Source: Tubiluchus corallicola (Eukaryota; Animalia; Priapulida). Taken from it: a stretch of DNA of 64,000 nt. A program made the position numbers and the translations under genes. Of the stretch, positions 1-31,259 are shown in pieces; the stretch's first letter is position 1, and every line of letters begins with the position of its first letter. The stretch is from NCBI GenBank assembly GCA_030141605.1, contig JAQGDQ010000368.1, forward strand, positions 62,001 through 126,000. Direction: 5' to 3'. Under the pieces are notes generated by a model that had not been told where the DNA came from, made no database searches, and saw only the letters and a program-made list of their open reading frames with translations.

Positions 1-44
1 CAATATTGTTTGTCCCCGCCGGCGTTACATAAGCTAAATTTAAG

Positions 45-200
45 CAGCCAACCAACGCCGAGACTGCTTTATACGTGAACGTTGAACCAATGAGAGAGCG
101 CAACGTCACTGGTGGGCTGAACGTCGTCTGCTATGAAAACGCTATGGCTTGATGATTGATGAGTTAGTTGCTGCAATCTTAAGTGAACAGTTATAATGGC
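45..200 (+). promoter_or_regulatory. Putative Nkx6 proximal promoter region
   Basis: Relatively GC/CpG-rich stretch upstream of the ATG with a CCAAT box at 87-91. The TSS cannot be determined from sequence. Confidence 0.35.
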
Positions 201-309
201 AAGTAAAACGACTAGTGGCAGCCTGAAGCTAGTATGTAGAAACCTATTCTATGAGAGGCCTGTACTTAGATGTTAAGACTCACAGGTAGTGCGCGTTACT
301 GATTTTACT

Positions 310-17716
<17,407 letters not shown>

Positions 17717-17737
17717 GTTTATCGCTTAGGCTTCTAA

Positions 17738-17763
17738 ATTTATTTATTTAATAAATAATAATA
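17738..17763 (+). promoter_or_regulatory. Candidate Nkx6 proximal poly(A) signal and AU-rich element
   Basis: Overlapping ATTTA pentamers (ATTTATTTATTTA) followed by AATAAA at 17750-17755, just after the stop codon. Confidence 0.35.
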
Positions 17764-18296
17764 ATTAGCCTATATTTTGTTATCCCGTGCTTAGGTTTAC
17801 TGCTCAGTGCAAAGTCGCGAGTTCAGTTCCGGGGCTGGTGCAGAGACATTCATCGATTTCTCTATTTTGTCTCAAACAAAATGAGCATTTGTTTAAAAAC
17901 ATAATTTAGCTGGTATTGGAAGTTATAATTTCCCACTTACGATAACTACCCGTAGGAGCTGTTAATTAGGCCTAATTATTAATCAACGGCTTTGCAAAAG
18001 TCATGTGCACATTGCCAGTAATTTGTAGATGCTGGTATAGGCCGATAGACCTATATGGGCTACACAAGTCTAGCAGTCCTGCAACTAATTTTAAAAATCT
18101 ACCCTCTTTCTTGGACTGTTTAAAATATACTGCAAAACAACAGCATAAACAAACAAAAAGCTTTCCTCTCTGTGGTTAGCTGCTTCATATATGAAGATGC
18201 GTAGCATGATGCTCGTGCTCCGCCTAATGGCTTACTGCAAACTTCTACTAAAAACTACTAAGCGTTACTTTGAAGTTCACTTCCGGCTGACATTAA

Positions 18297-18853
18297 AGGA
18301 AAACCGGACGATTGTCTAGACGTAGTTCAAAATAAAGTATGCTGTAAAATATCGAAAACTACAACAGCTTTTTTAAAAATCAAGCTTGGATTAAATAATA
18401 ATTACCTCGGATTGTTAAATTTTGTTAAACTTTCAAAGCTACGCGCGGCTCAGCGAATCCACTAAGGTTGGCAATATCGCCTTTTTGCCACATTTACGTG
18501 GTCGACATATAGGCGCGGCGACCGTGATAATTAGCATGGTCCTGAACTGCAGTGTTCGTCTGTGACATCAGTGTGATGTAGAGCTCATTTTCCTGACATC
18601 ACATCAGCGTTTTGTAGCAAACTTTGCTTACGCAAACATGCTTGATGCGCAGGGAAGATGCCTGCCATTGCACAAACTGTGGTAGTTTGTGACGTAAGCG
18701 ATGGCTGTGTCCGCTAGCCGTTAATTGAATTTCCAAGCTAATTATTCAAATATTAGAAACAATTGCTAACATTTATAGGCAACAAAATGTATATTTTGGA
18801 CAGCAAATTAAAATGAGATTGAGTCTAGTGATAATCAATCGTCCGGTTTTCCT
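18297..18853. mobile_element. Kolobok-like MITE
   Basis: Perfect TIR AGGAAAACCGGACGATTG / CAATCGTCCGGTTTTCCT flanked by TTAA (left) and TTAT (right); TTAA target sites with RR termini are typical of Kolobok. Confidence 0.7.
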
Positions 18854-19919
18854 TTATGATACCATTCTTACCATTAGACCTATATTGTCATAAGACTTAT
18901 TGTCATAAAAACATTCATACATTCCAATACCGAATTTACAGTTGTAAATATAAATAAAAATGAAAGTGGAAATGAATGTGTTAGTAAGTATGAAAAATTT
19001 ACGTAAAAATACTTGCTCAATAAAATACTTTACATCATTCTCATATTACAAATTATCTAATGCCTTAAATTTCGCTAAACTTTTGCAATAAAACGTCCGT
19101 TTTAGAATGAACAATAAATAGGCTCTAGCAAACAATTTCATACCTTATAATGCCCAAATAACAGGCGTTTTAATTACATCACATGTAGTCCTACAGTATT
19201 TTTAAATACTCTGTTAGCATACGAGTAACCTTCCTTTTAGAAGAAAAAGAAGTAAGCCCCCTATATATAATATTCTTTTTAGAAAGATGATATGTGCAAT
19301 GGAATTTTATTCATTTGAGGGTGTATGCACCTTCTTTTAATGCGTCAGATTATTGCATTAGTATGATACACATTGATATATGCTTTTAAAATTATAGGGC
19401 ATAACTGATTGGTCCCTGATTTGCAAAAGCGACAGTCTAAGCACGTACTTATAGACTATTTATCGCGTCCCTGGTTACATACGTTTACATCGCCTTTCAG
19501 ATTGGTCTAATACAAGGTATTCATGGTGTATCAAATGCAGGCTAATAACTAGTATTAACAGAGATTCGATATGAATAATTACTAAGTGTATATATGTGTG
19601 TATTTATGTATATAGCAGAACCTGTATAATTTCCCTAATTGTAATAAAAATGTAAATTAATGAGCATGCGCAGTGTGCAGCTTCCACATATTTTACCATC
19701 AAGTATTATTCTTGTATTAGTTGCTATTTAATGCTTAGTCAAGTGATCTAATAACCGCCATATTGACTGCTTAGTATTGTTAGGTTTCATTCAGGTAAAT
19801 GTTTGTTGATAATAAGAACAACATTGTAATTTATTGCAATCTTGGACGATAGAGTACTAATACGTATGCTGTTAAATGTGCTTGTGTATATAATAGTTAT
19901 ATAGCCTCTACAATTATAT

Positions 19920-20175
19920 TTCAGATGAACGTAATTATAATCAATACATTAATCTGTGTTACATCATATATTTTGTTTTAGCTTTTCAAGCAGTTTTACA
20001 CAAAATAATGATCTTGTTATTTCTGAAGATCTCATTGATACAGAATTGCCACATTGCATTTATGCATACAGTTCATTTCGTATTCAGAACTTCATCGTAA
20101 AAATCATAGCGCAGATAAAAGTCGTTTTGCTCCAATGTAGGGCACAACATGACATACAGTAGTCCTAGGCACTAT

Positions 20176-20273
<98 letters not shown>
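19920..20273 (+). repeat. ~255-bp unit plus (ATC)n tail, copy 2
   Basis: Offset of 12,673 bp from copy 1; apparently identical. Confidence 0.95.
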
Positions 20274-20274
<1 letters not shown>

Positions 20275-21545
20275 GTCATCGTCGTCGTCGTCATCATTAT
20301 CATCATCGTCTTCTTCATCAGCAAACGCTCATTATATCTATTACAGACATTAGGCAGGCATAATTCTATTAGATAATAGAAATCTGTCCCCAAAACAATT
20401 TAATACAACAGTTAGACCAGCAAACACTAGATACACGTATGCCAGTGCTAATCAGCATCACTTCCAAGAAGAACCGTGTTAGGATGCAGATCCTATATTC
20501 GCATTCTTGGTACAATCAAATCAAATAAACAAACAGATCAACAAGCAAAATAACATCAAATAACAAGATTAGTAAACAAAGTGATTAAATACAATTAAAG
20601 GAGTGTAAGACATGTTAATATGGCGTACAACTCATTCCTGTCAAAAAATAGGAAAAACAATTACGTTCAAAAGCCCATATAACTTCTTGAATGAAATTTA
20701 CAGTCCGCATTTGCTCTTTGCTAGCATTACTTCTTACATCTAATGTACATAATCTAATCTATAATAATTATCATTAGTCTTTATACTTGTCATTTTATCT
20801 TTGAAAATTTTCAAAAATTGCAACTACGAAATGCGCTCACTTTTAAACTTTAATTCATTTTTATTTAAGATTTACATTGCTGCGCTCAGCAAGTTTACAT
20901 TCTTGGAATCGGAAATAACCCTGACTGACAAAGAGACGAAGCCTACTACTTTCTACTCCACTACTCTACTACTAAAGACTTTACTACTTCTAGACTTTTA
21001 GAGAGACTTTTATTATTATTATTAAAACATGCGTAATTACATTGTTCACTGGGTTGTGTACAGCAATCATTATCCAAAATAATGAGACTGATAAATGATT
21101 ATTACATTTATACATAGTGTTGACATTTGCTTGATCTGTTAAACGGTTTTAACCGTAACTTGTTTGCATAAAGTGGTTGGCCTCATAGCTAATCAACATG
21201 CATATGGCAAAAATACGTAGTGTAAATATTTTATGCTTTTTTACAACGATGTAGGCTTATACCCTGCAATGCTGAACCCTGCCTTTTTATCCCACGTACA
21301 TACTAAAATGATATAGGCGGCATAATATTCGAACAACAATTAAAATCTACTCTGTCAAATTTGTAATTGAATGCCGTATGAAGTATGAATTCGCGCATAG
21401 TTTCTGACTTGTTAGTAAAACCGACGTCAAAAATGAATGCTTACAAAACTACATTTCAAACAAGTTCTATTTCAAAGAGCTCTATGCTTCTTGCATTAGT
21501 AATGTTTCGTGGTCCGTGAGTGTTTTATTTTTCTTTATAGACTTA

Positions 21546-21603
21546 AGAGAAAGTGGCGAGAAAGAGAATGAGAGAACGAGAGAGACAGAGAGAGAAAGAG
21601 AGA

Positions 21604-21634
<31 letters not shown>

Positions 21635-21635
21635 T

Positions 21636-21678
<43 letters not shown>

Positions 21679-21803
21679 AGGCGAAGAAGAGAATGAGAGA
21701 GGGAGGGAGAGAGAGACAGAAGAGGGAAAGACAAAAAAGAGAGCGAGAGGAGAGGGAATGGGAGGAAGGGGTAAGAATAGGTAGAATGGGAGAAAAACGG
21801 AGG

Positions 21804-21877
<74 letters not shown>
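21546..21877 (+). repeat. (GA)n polypurine tract
   Basis: ~330 nt of almost pure purine on the + strand. Confidence 0.97.
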
Positions 21878-21880
<3 letters not shown>

Positions 21881-23240
21881 TTAGCTGAGAGCCATTAAAT
21901 ATTCATTGGAAAACATTGCTTTTCGTAGCAATTTATAACATATTAGAAATAAACGTAGTCTCTCTGTTGTTGCATTCTGTGGCTCATGCTGTCAAGGTAA
22001 GGTGTGCAAAACACTGACTTTATATGTTTATCAAAAGTCTAATCAATCACAGAAAGCCTGTAAGTGGTTAGTATTCAAAATGTCCACTCCATCAATAAAC
22101 TTCATAAATTTAAATTTCAAATTCATAAATTTAGCAGGAAAGTAAATTGGATTTGAACGTATTACAATAGATTAGCTGATAAGTATGCAAGCCTTGTAGC
22201 TGACTATGTATGGCAGACGTGATAAATTGCTTGCTTAAAGTGGGTGCCAACAAAACTTTTTGACATTCAATTTGATAAATTCACTGTAAAACATGTTTTT
22301 ATTTGAATTAAACATTATTATTATTTTCACGGAATTTAGTTTCAAAGGCGTAACGAACAATTAAATTAATCGTTGCGATGAAATATGTCATTGTGAACTT
22401 GACGTGTGCAGTGAGATTTAAAATGCAATTTAGGTCTTTACCATTAAGATTGGCAATGAAGTAAGTCAAATACAGTATGATACCTTTTTAGCGTTTTTGT
22501 TTTCAGTACTGTATTGTTCTGTGCTGTAAAGTTCGTTTAAATAGCATGTAGTAAAGAAACTACAACATCACAGATAATGAAAATAAATGAATATGAAGTT
22601 TGTTACAATGTTTTATTACTTTGTAAAAATGCAATAATATGGAATTTAATTCATAGCATTCTTAATAAAAGCTTAAAAATGAAGCGTTAATTCGCATTTT
22701 TTATCAATAAATTCACTTCACCTGCCGCGTTGCCTTTTTCATATTGTCAAGCGTTAGTTATGTTTCTCACGACAAAAATAGATTAATATTTGTATACAAT
22801 AATTATTACAGAACCCTGGATGCCAACAGAATCACTTTGATATACACGTCTAAAATAATGGTTCCCACGCAATATGTCGTGTGCAGCACAATCGCAAGAA
22901 ATGTTTGCATAAATATGACAACTCGTTTCAAAACTAATGTCAGAATTGAAGATGACAAGTCAAATTTCTATTAACTAATTAATTTTTCATTAAACCACGT
23001 GCAATAGTGCGGAAAATAACACTGATTTAAAAATAAGCATAAGAAAAAGAAGGCTAATTTACCTGCTCATCCAGCTATTTTGACAAATTTCGTGTCCACA
23101 TAATGCAAACAAAATAATACATGTAGTTAACAGAATTAAAATGATATATATTTTGATGTATGACATAATATAAGTAAACGAATAGGCCTATTACACGATT
23201 TGGCAATTAGATAATAAATTGAATAGTGAGAGTAGTACAA

Positions 23241-23318
23241 TAATATGAATAAAACGCAATGACTTGAATGGTTATACTACTGTATAACCATTCAAATCAT
23301 TGTGTTTTATTCATATTA
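23241..23318. repeat. 78-bp near-perfect palindrome (37-bp arms, 4-nt loop)
   Basis: TAATATGAATAAAACGCAATGACTTGAATGGTTATAC-tact-GTATAACCATTCAAATCATTGTGTTTTATTCATATTA; 2 mismatches. Confidence 0.92.
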
Positions 23319-25364
23319 TCTACTGAGTGTAAAGAAAATAAACAATCATCTTCTGTCTATGTCGCACCTTCTAAAATACCATTGGGCGATGTGCCCACCC
23401 CACGTTGATAACTACTGGACTAATCGCCTGTAAATACTTACCCAGTGGAAATTAAAGACAATACCCCTTCTATTATAGTCTCTATACTAATATTATCTGT
23501 AATTTATAAAGTTAGAACAAGCTGTTATCACACAGAAAATGGAATAATTCATTAAAAATTCGAACCAGGGATGATACGGGAACTGTTTTTGCGAAATTTT
23601 CAGTTTTCTGTAATTACATGTTTGCAGTGGGTTATTTATATGTATTTTTGTAGCTTTTAGCAGTTTTAGCTTTTAGCTTTTAACCACTTGGGTTTGTTTG
23701 CTTAATTTCAGAAATCACTGGTGAGTCCTATTGGCTAAGGAGTTGAAAATTAATTGAAGATATCATGACATTTTGCAAAACACTTTGCAGTTCCAAGTCG
23801 CGGTTTATAACACATCTCACTTTATTTTCTTCAGTGTCCTATCGACATAACGACATTCTGCATTGATTGTAAAACTGGTCGTAAAAAACATGAACTCCTT
23901 TTATGAAATTGAAATTAATTTCACTGAAATGTAGAACAATATTTTAAAAACGAATAAACATATTAGCTGACGTACCACGTGAGCACATTGTCTAATCATA
24001 TGATCATATGGCCAATCAGAATCATTGGTTGAATAATTTGATATGACGTTTGGCAAGTTTCGCTGTTTCTAAAATATGTCGCTTTGCGATGGATTGTATT
24101 TATATCTTCACGAAATAGGGCACGCTGTTACTCCCTAGTATTATATTGAAATTCAGTATGGAAAAATTAGCATGACTGGTGCAAACTTGCAATTTCTTCA
24201 AAACTTATAGATATGAAACTGCGACGGGTGGCGGGATTAAAACCGCTTTGTAAAACCACAGGTTTCATGTAGTATTAAATGTAACCCTGTGTCGGCCAAT
24301 CAGAGTTTAGTTTTTCTAGGCCAATTTTCTCGAGCGGGTAACCTGTTTTCGTAGACTCGAGGGCAGAGCGTTCTCGGCCATGTTCGGCTTCGGATTTCAT
24401 TTTGTATTTTTTTGGTTTCTGTTTTTAAGTCAGCCGTTATACAGTGAGTTCTGGTTTAATCCCTTGGATTGCATTTCATTTCAGCGCGTTAGAGTCAGCT
24501 ATAAACGCTTGTTAACTGTCTCATTTTACTTTTTTCTTTTTCTTTTTTTAGTTAATACAAGTAGTAAATTATGAATCCTTGTTATCATAGACGGCATCAC
24601 AATACTTTGAAGTGATCGAACTCCTCACTTGCAAAATATTAGCTCAAATCCACGTGTACTAGCATATATGCAAACTTGTTTTTCTCTCAAGAAAATTTTT
24701 GATGTACGCAGGTATTTCTCTTTATACGTCTACAGATGGTAAAGTGAGCGTGCGTGCGTGCTCGCGTCCCCATTTGAAACTACTACATATAATAATCCTA
24801 ATTACTGAATAATTGTATTGTTTTGTTTAGATTTTGGTATCCAACTTTATTATTTTTTGTTTTCAGTTCTTTTTGGATAATTTGTATGATTTATACTGTT
24901 TTTATTATTTTTTTCTTATTTGTTTTTGTTATCTGCAGCATCACCGTTAATTTTTAATATACAAATCTATTTATAAGAAAGGGTAGGAGACTAGATGACC
25001 CTATGGTCTTTCCCTGCCCTGCTCCATGATTATAATTACTTAATATTTAAAAAACTTTTGATGTTAACCTAATTGGTGAAAATAAATGTTCTACGTCCAT
25101 GTCTACGCGATAACAGCTATTCATCAACTAGTTCTTTCGACAAATCATCAAATTTCGACACATTTCATTTTTCCTAGTAAGCGACAAGTGTCTTATTATC
25201 ATGGTTAAATACCATGTATCCTACAGCAAGTTGAACTTGTACAGAATTTAGCTAGTGCTTTGGCTCGCAACACTTCCTGATTAACAAGTAAAGTATTTTG
25301 AAACTCAAGCAAAGTAAGTTTTATATAAGACAAAATAAAATACTGTTACACATGACATATTTAA

Positions 25365-25370
25365 TTTATT
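25365..25370 (-). promoter_or_regulatory. Candidate distal poly(A) signal of the MEGF6-like transcript
   Basis: AATAAA on the - strand followed by a GU/U-rich downstream tract. It ends a ~5-kb stretch that is T-rich on the - strand and poor in repeats, as expected for a 3' UTR. Confidence 0.4.
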
Positions 25371-28300
25371 AGTATTTTACTGTCTTAAATGCAACATCTC
25401 ATAGACATAGATCATCGTACAACAACTATATTTTGTACAATACTGATAAAATTTAACAGGTGGCGCCATGGCGTGGCAAGTAACATTACTAATCCTGAGA
25501 GGACAACGTCAGTTGAGTTAGTACATACTGAACTAGTAAAATAAGGCTTAAATAACAAAAACAAAAAACTGGAAGTACAGATACGTGAAAAGCACCGAGT
25601 CTCTAACATATAAGTGTGATACAACAAGAAATAAGGCAATACGAATAAATGCATTGAAACTCCTGTACAGATAGACATGATTGAATCACGGTTGTTTTAT
25701 CAAAATTATTAATAGACTGCTTGAAAATAGTCTAAACAAAAACAAATATTGATAAACTAATTATGAACTACATAGCTGTTGTAAGAGACATAAATAACTC
25801 AGGTATAAAAACAAACTGTATGATCATCAAAATGTGTTAACAATGTCAGGAAATAAGTTAATCTAGCTAAACACGTCTAAAACAATGTTGTTGAAGATTT
25901 AGTAAATGTATTCAAGCAAAAGAAGCTCTAGGCAACTTATACCCAAGAAAATTAATGCCATTATTTCCGGCACATTGCACGTGAATACATATTTAATGGT
26001 TCAAAACATAGTCTGTTTTAAGTACACACTTAAGAACTGTATTTTTCTCTGCGCAGCTACAGTTATGGATTCAGAACTCTTGTATTTAGCTTTTTTGCTC
26101 ATTTAAATTTTGCTTGACCGCTCATTTCTGTTATTCTACTCAAATAATCATAAACCAAACGCTGTACAGCTTACCCAATAATTAATTATATCAGAGCAAT
26201 TATCAAGCATAGCTGCACGACATTTAATCTGCTCAGAGCGATTGCCAAGCATAGCTACACAACTATTATACATTATAAAAACATCTTAAAAACACTTAAA
26301 ATATTAAAAACGGGCAAAAAATCGGACATTTACAACTAAACACTTGCTGGTAGTGATCAACAGCAAACTCATTATTAGTAAAACTGTATAAACTGGAACA
26401 CATCCTGGCAAGTAAAACTGAACAATCATTTTGATTAGCTAAACTAAGATTACCTCAACCTAATAATATATTCACACGCGGAGTAATCTTAATTCTAAAT
26501 TATACAAATAAAATACTGTATATACAAAAATGCACAAATGAGGCAGCCCATTCTGTGCTTCCTATGTAAAATTTCTAGCACAACAACATTGATTCGTTAA
26601 TGAGACTTTTGAAGAATGAGGTATAAAGAATATCTATTCTATGTTCTATACTAAGGGACTTATATATTATCCAGCAACTGCAAACTGCAGGCCCCCAAGC
26701 AAATATGTAACAGTACTCATTATTAAGAACCATTTTGAAACACTGTAGTTGACTATATTATAAATAATATTTCCTCTTTTCTGAGCCATTATAAAACATT
26801 GCAATTGAGAAGAAAAGTTATGGGTTGACCAAGATGCATTGATTGTACAATTATTATTATTAACATCATTTTATTTTGAAGATACTTTACATTAGTAATT
26901 CATAAAAATGCCATAACTGAGAAGCACTTCTTTTTAAAGTACGCTTTACAATTTCACATGTTATGATGTTACGCTAGGGATTTGATACTGAACACAGCCA
27001 CTACTACAACTTCTCCAAAACGTTGCAAAAATAACTTTCAAAAAGTTTTCCAAAGACTTAAAACATCATAATTATTTTGCTTTTGATATTAATGAAAGAA
27101 ACAGGGTGGCTTAAAAGTGAAACCGTTCGCAGTCATTTCCACTTTAAATAAACAAGAAATTTCCTTCGTTGGAGGAACTAGCAAGTTTATGTGCAACAGT
27201 CAGAGATGGACTAAATTCAGCTACAGATGATAAATAATAGGCAAAGAGAAAAACTTTGGCTAACTTCCTAAAGGTCCTGGGATGTCTCCTCGATTAGCGT
27301 TGAAAGCTGAAAAAGACAATTCATATTTATGATATTTATCTTATATAAATATGTTATATTTATGGTTACATATATCTATTACCACATTTAGTGCTTAAAC
27401 AAAAAAATAAAATTGATTTTCAAATGTTAGATTTCAAGCTGCTCAATGTTTAGGAACTTAAAATCTTTAGAAAAACAAAATCAGTAGGTGATGATTCCTC
27501 AACATCCAAGAAGGCAAAAAAATTCAAGTAAAGTAACACAGGCAGTTTTTATAACCAATATGAAACCCACGCTCACAATTTGTTTCTGTAAAATGAGGGT
27601 GTGAACAATTTTTTTCTGAAACTTGAATAATCAAGGCTGCCAAAAAACTTTTTCCTAATTCATTAGTAAACAAAACTGGCCTAATGTAGATGTGGGTAAA
27701 CTGTAAGAATCACAAATAGCAAAATTTTCAAGATTTTTTATATTCTATGCATTCTACAGTAGAATTTAAAGCATAGATTATAAACAAATTTACTCCACAG
27801 CAACATTTATAGGCTGGTAAAATAAAATATAATGCATATAAAAATATGAATAAAATATGAAATATAATCATGCAAAATTAAATATAAAAACTGCATAATT
27901 TATTAAGTATGAATAATAAATAAACTTTAATCATACAACATGAAACTTTCTGTAAATTAAAACAAATGTAAAATCACTTGTCTCATTTTAGTATACAAAT
28001 TAAAATAGTCATTTAGCCAATTGAAAATATTTCAAAGCAAAGTGAAATGTATCAAAAAAGAACAAAATGCTTAATAATGATTGAAAATGTTTATGTTAAT
28101 GAAAACTAACTACAGTGATCTATATGCTAACAACTTTCATAGCATTTTGTGAAATATTACTATTATTACTACAAATTAGAAATATCTTAATATGCAAAAC
28201 CTTGTACGTCTTTGGGCAACTTACATGCTTTGCTAGCATGACAATTTATGAAAAATTAATCTACGAAACCATGCGAGTGGCATTAGTATACGATTGTTTC

Positions 28301-30303
28301 ACAGTCCACACTACACACAGAACAATAATACATGTAGATATTACACACAAAGAACAACACGTTAAAGAAATTTCCTGTAAAACACAGAGATTAATAGTAT
28401 AATGGAAAATTATCAAATATACGTTCAATAAACTGTCACATGGGCAGTACACAACAATGCACACAAGTTGCTTAGCATGCTAAAAGCAAACAAGTGAAAA
28501 TGATAAGCAAGCAAGCATAATAGCCAGACTTACAGGTGTAGATATCAGCTGCACATATGACACAATTACAGAAAAAGTTACTACTTATATCAGCAAAGAA
28601 AAAGCAAAAGAAAAAACAGCAATCCGTTTTATAGCTTTAACCCATTAAGTCATTTGCACAATTATGTTGCACAAAAATGAATGGTGTTTTTGTTTAAAAA
28701 GGTTAGCTTATGTAACAAGTTGAGCAAGGGTAGTCAACACAAGTAGGCAGAATGTTTTCCGAATTTTTCTCAATTTAACAATGACATTTTCACACGACGA
28801 TTTTTCTATTAAGTAATTCTGCTATGAAATTAACAACTAGAATTAGATAAATATTCATTCACGTAGTTATACAGTGCATTTTTCACATTTGCTTTAATAT
28901 TTTTCAGATAACTCTGCGAAAATTTTAAGGCAATTCCAATAGGACAGGCTACTTAAATGACTGTGCCAATATTTTGACATTTAGCTAATTTTACTGTGGA
29001 GTTTTTTGTATACAGGTAGCTGTTCGTTAATACTCAGAAATACTGAGATTTTTTGCCTGTATTATTTACTGATAATAAAACAAAAACTTTCTGGCATGTG
29101 TACAAGTCCACTAAGCAGCTCTGATATGAAATTTTAATGCTAAACTTAAGTCTGTAGCATTAATCACATATATAACTCTGCTAATAGACACTGGAAGTAG
29201 GCTAAGTAAAGACTATGTACTTATATTTTAGAATTTCATGTTATTTTTCTTTTATGATAACACATTTGAAGTTTAAGCATAAATTTACTTGCGCAATCCC
29301 GGAAATTACAAACAGATAACTTTACACCTAGGGTGTAACATATTGTAAGTATGTTGTAAGTTGAACTAATGTACATGTCGGTCATCTATGTTAGTTGCTG
29401 ATACGGGCTAGCTTTAGCGATGTTACACGAACAGCATGCTGAGACGTGAACTGATACTTATTCATCGTTCAATTACGACAGCAAAACAGAATTTACGTTT
29501 ATATCAATACTGTCATAACCTGATGCGAGGTCTTCAAACGGCAAAACTGAATGAGGAAAAAATTTGCAATTATTAAAGTAATAATAAAGCTGCCTTTTTA
29601 ACTGGAGACTTACAGACAGCAACACAAAGCTAATGTACAATGCAAGTGAGGCAAAACTATAAGCAAATATAGACACAAGCCGCAAATGAAAGCAAAATCA
29701 ACCAAAACATTGCAGTTTTTGCTGCACATGTATTGACAAAGACTGCACACTTTTAAAGTGTTTTTAACCTGCAATTTGACCAACAGATCAAAAGTGATAA
29801 AATTGGAGAACAAATGTTTCTCAACACAGCACCTTCAGTGATGCACTCTAAGAATGCTGAAAATTATACTATAACGTTAAAACATGTACATAGACAAATA
29901 AAATGTGAAATGCCTACGACAAACAAGAAACAAAAAAACAATGGCTTTGCTGGTTTATTACAGCAGACTGTATCATAGCAGGCTGCCAATTAAGTTTCTT
30001 ACTGTCAAAGCAGCAGAAAGATTATACAGTAAGTTCTTGCTTAACAATGCTAATGTGTTCTAGCAAAGTGCAACATTAAGCGAAACATCATTAAACGAAA
30101 CCAGGTCTTCCATAGAAAGGTATGTAAAAGAAGTGAAATATGTTCCAGAGGCAAATGTCAATGCTACTTAATTCATATGAATTAAATGATTTATGAGTTT
30201 CATTCATTGTTCTACTGATTAATTCCTTTCTGCTTGCTTAAAACCACTTATTTTTCTTGCAAGTATCTACCTAAAAGGTTTCTATTTTGTTAATGTTGAA
30301 GTA

Positions 30304-30473
30304 TTACGCAGTTAGCAGATAAATACTGCTAAGGGACGCTGGGACAAATTCATCTAGATAATGGTTGTTATAGCAACAGGTTGCAGACAAAATTCCTTTG
30401 CATAAAGTTTTTATCCAGGTGACTGGAGGCATAAACATCATTGCAAATAGATCTCCCTTCATATAGACAGCTA
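30304..30473 (-). CDS. Candidate terminal coding exon of the MEGF6-like gene
   Basis: Polypyrimidine tract with a CTGAC branch-like motif and a TAGTAG tandem acceptor (exon start 30473 or 30470). The phase-1 frame is open to TAA at 30304 (AVYMKGDLFAMMF...IYLLTA*). The peptide has no recognisable homology. Confidence 0.35.
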
Positions 30474-30814
30474 CTATTTGGTCAGGAAATAAAAACACAA
30501 AAAATATTGTTTTGTGTTACTAGTGCATTTTTAGGACAGAACAATGCAATATGTACTGTTTTAATGCTTCGAATTTTTCAAAAAGGTTGTTGATAAAATA
30601 AAATCCACTTTGAGCAAAGTAAAAAACTCGTCGCTATAATGAAGCCTGTGTTACTGAGGGAGAAAAAGGTGTCAAACGTTCAGCATCGTTAAAATGAAAC
30701 ATCGCCAAACGGGGACTTACTTGACCGACTCACTACTTTTTTCCACACAGTCAACTAAGCTCTAACTCTAATGCACGGCACAAGACAACTTTTTCCCATT
30801 AGTACAATACTGTA

Positions 30815-31259
30815 CTGGGTTCCCACAATAGATTTTCCAGACTTTTCACTGACCAAATATTGATTTTCCATCTCCAAGATAAGCCGAAACTGCATTACCA
30901 GTATACATATTCAAACATTTTGTTCACCGACATTCATATATTTATACTGATAAATAGTGTGTTGGCATAGTTGCAGTACGCTAACGAAATTACACTAATC
31001 ATATTAAACAAACTTTCTTAATCCAGAAATCGAAACTGGGAGCCTGCCGTAGCAAAATTTTATTTGAACACGAATTGCTGAAAAATATGTTTGGAAAAAT
31101 ATCGGTTCACCATAATTATTTTTGCAACCCTTTCCAATTTCCCTGACTTTTTGCGCCATTTTCCCTGTCTATTTACCAAATTATCTTTTTCCCTGACTTT
31201 TCAGGATAGCCTGTATTTTCAAGGATTTTCCAGGATCTTCCCGGACAGTGGAAATTCAG
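30815..31259. mobile_element. Degenerate MITE (CAGGGTTCCCAC-type ends)
   Basis: Imperfect TIRs CTGGGTTCCCAC / GTGGAAATTCAG and repeated subterminal TTTTCCCTGAC/TTTTCCAG motifs at both ends. Confidence 0.55.

Noticed and set aside
17780-17860. tRNA or tRNA-derived SINE (GAGTTCAGTTCC resembles a B-box)
   Set aside because: No cloverleaf or convincing A-box; too degenerate to call.
21543-21884. ER/LS-repeat ORFs
   Set aside because: Translations of the (GA)n microsatellite.
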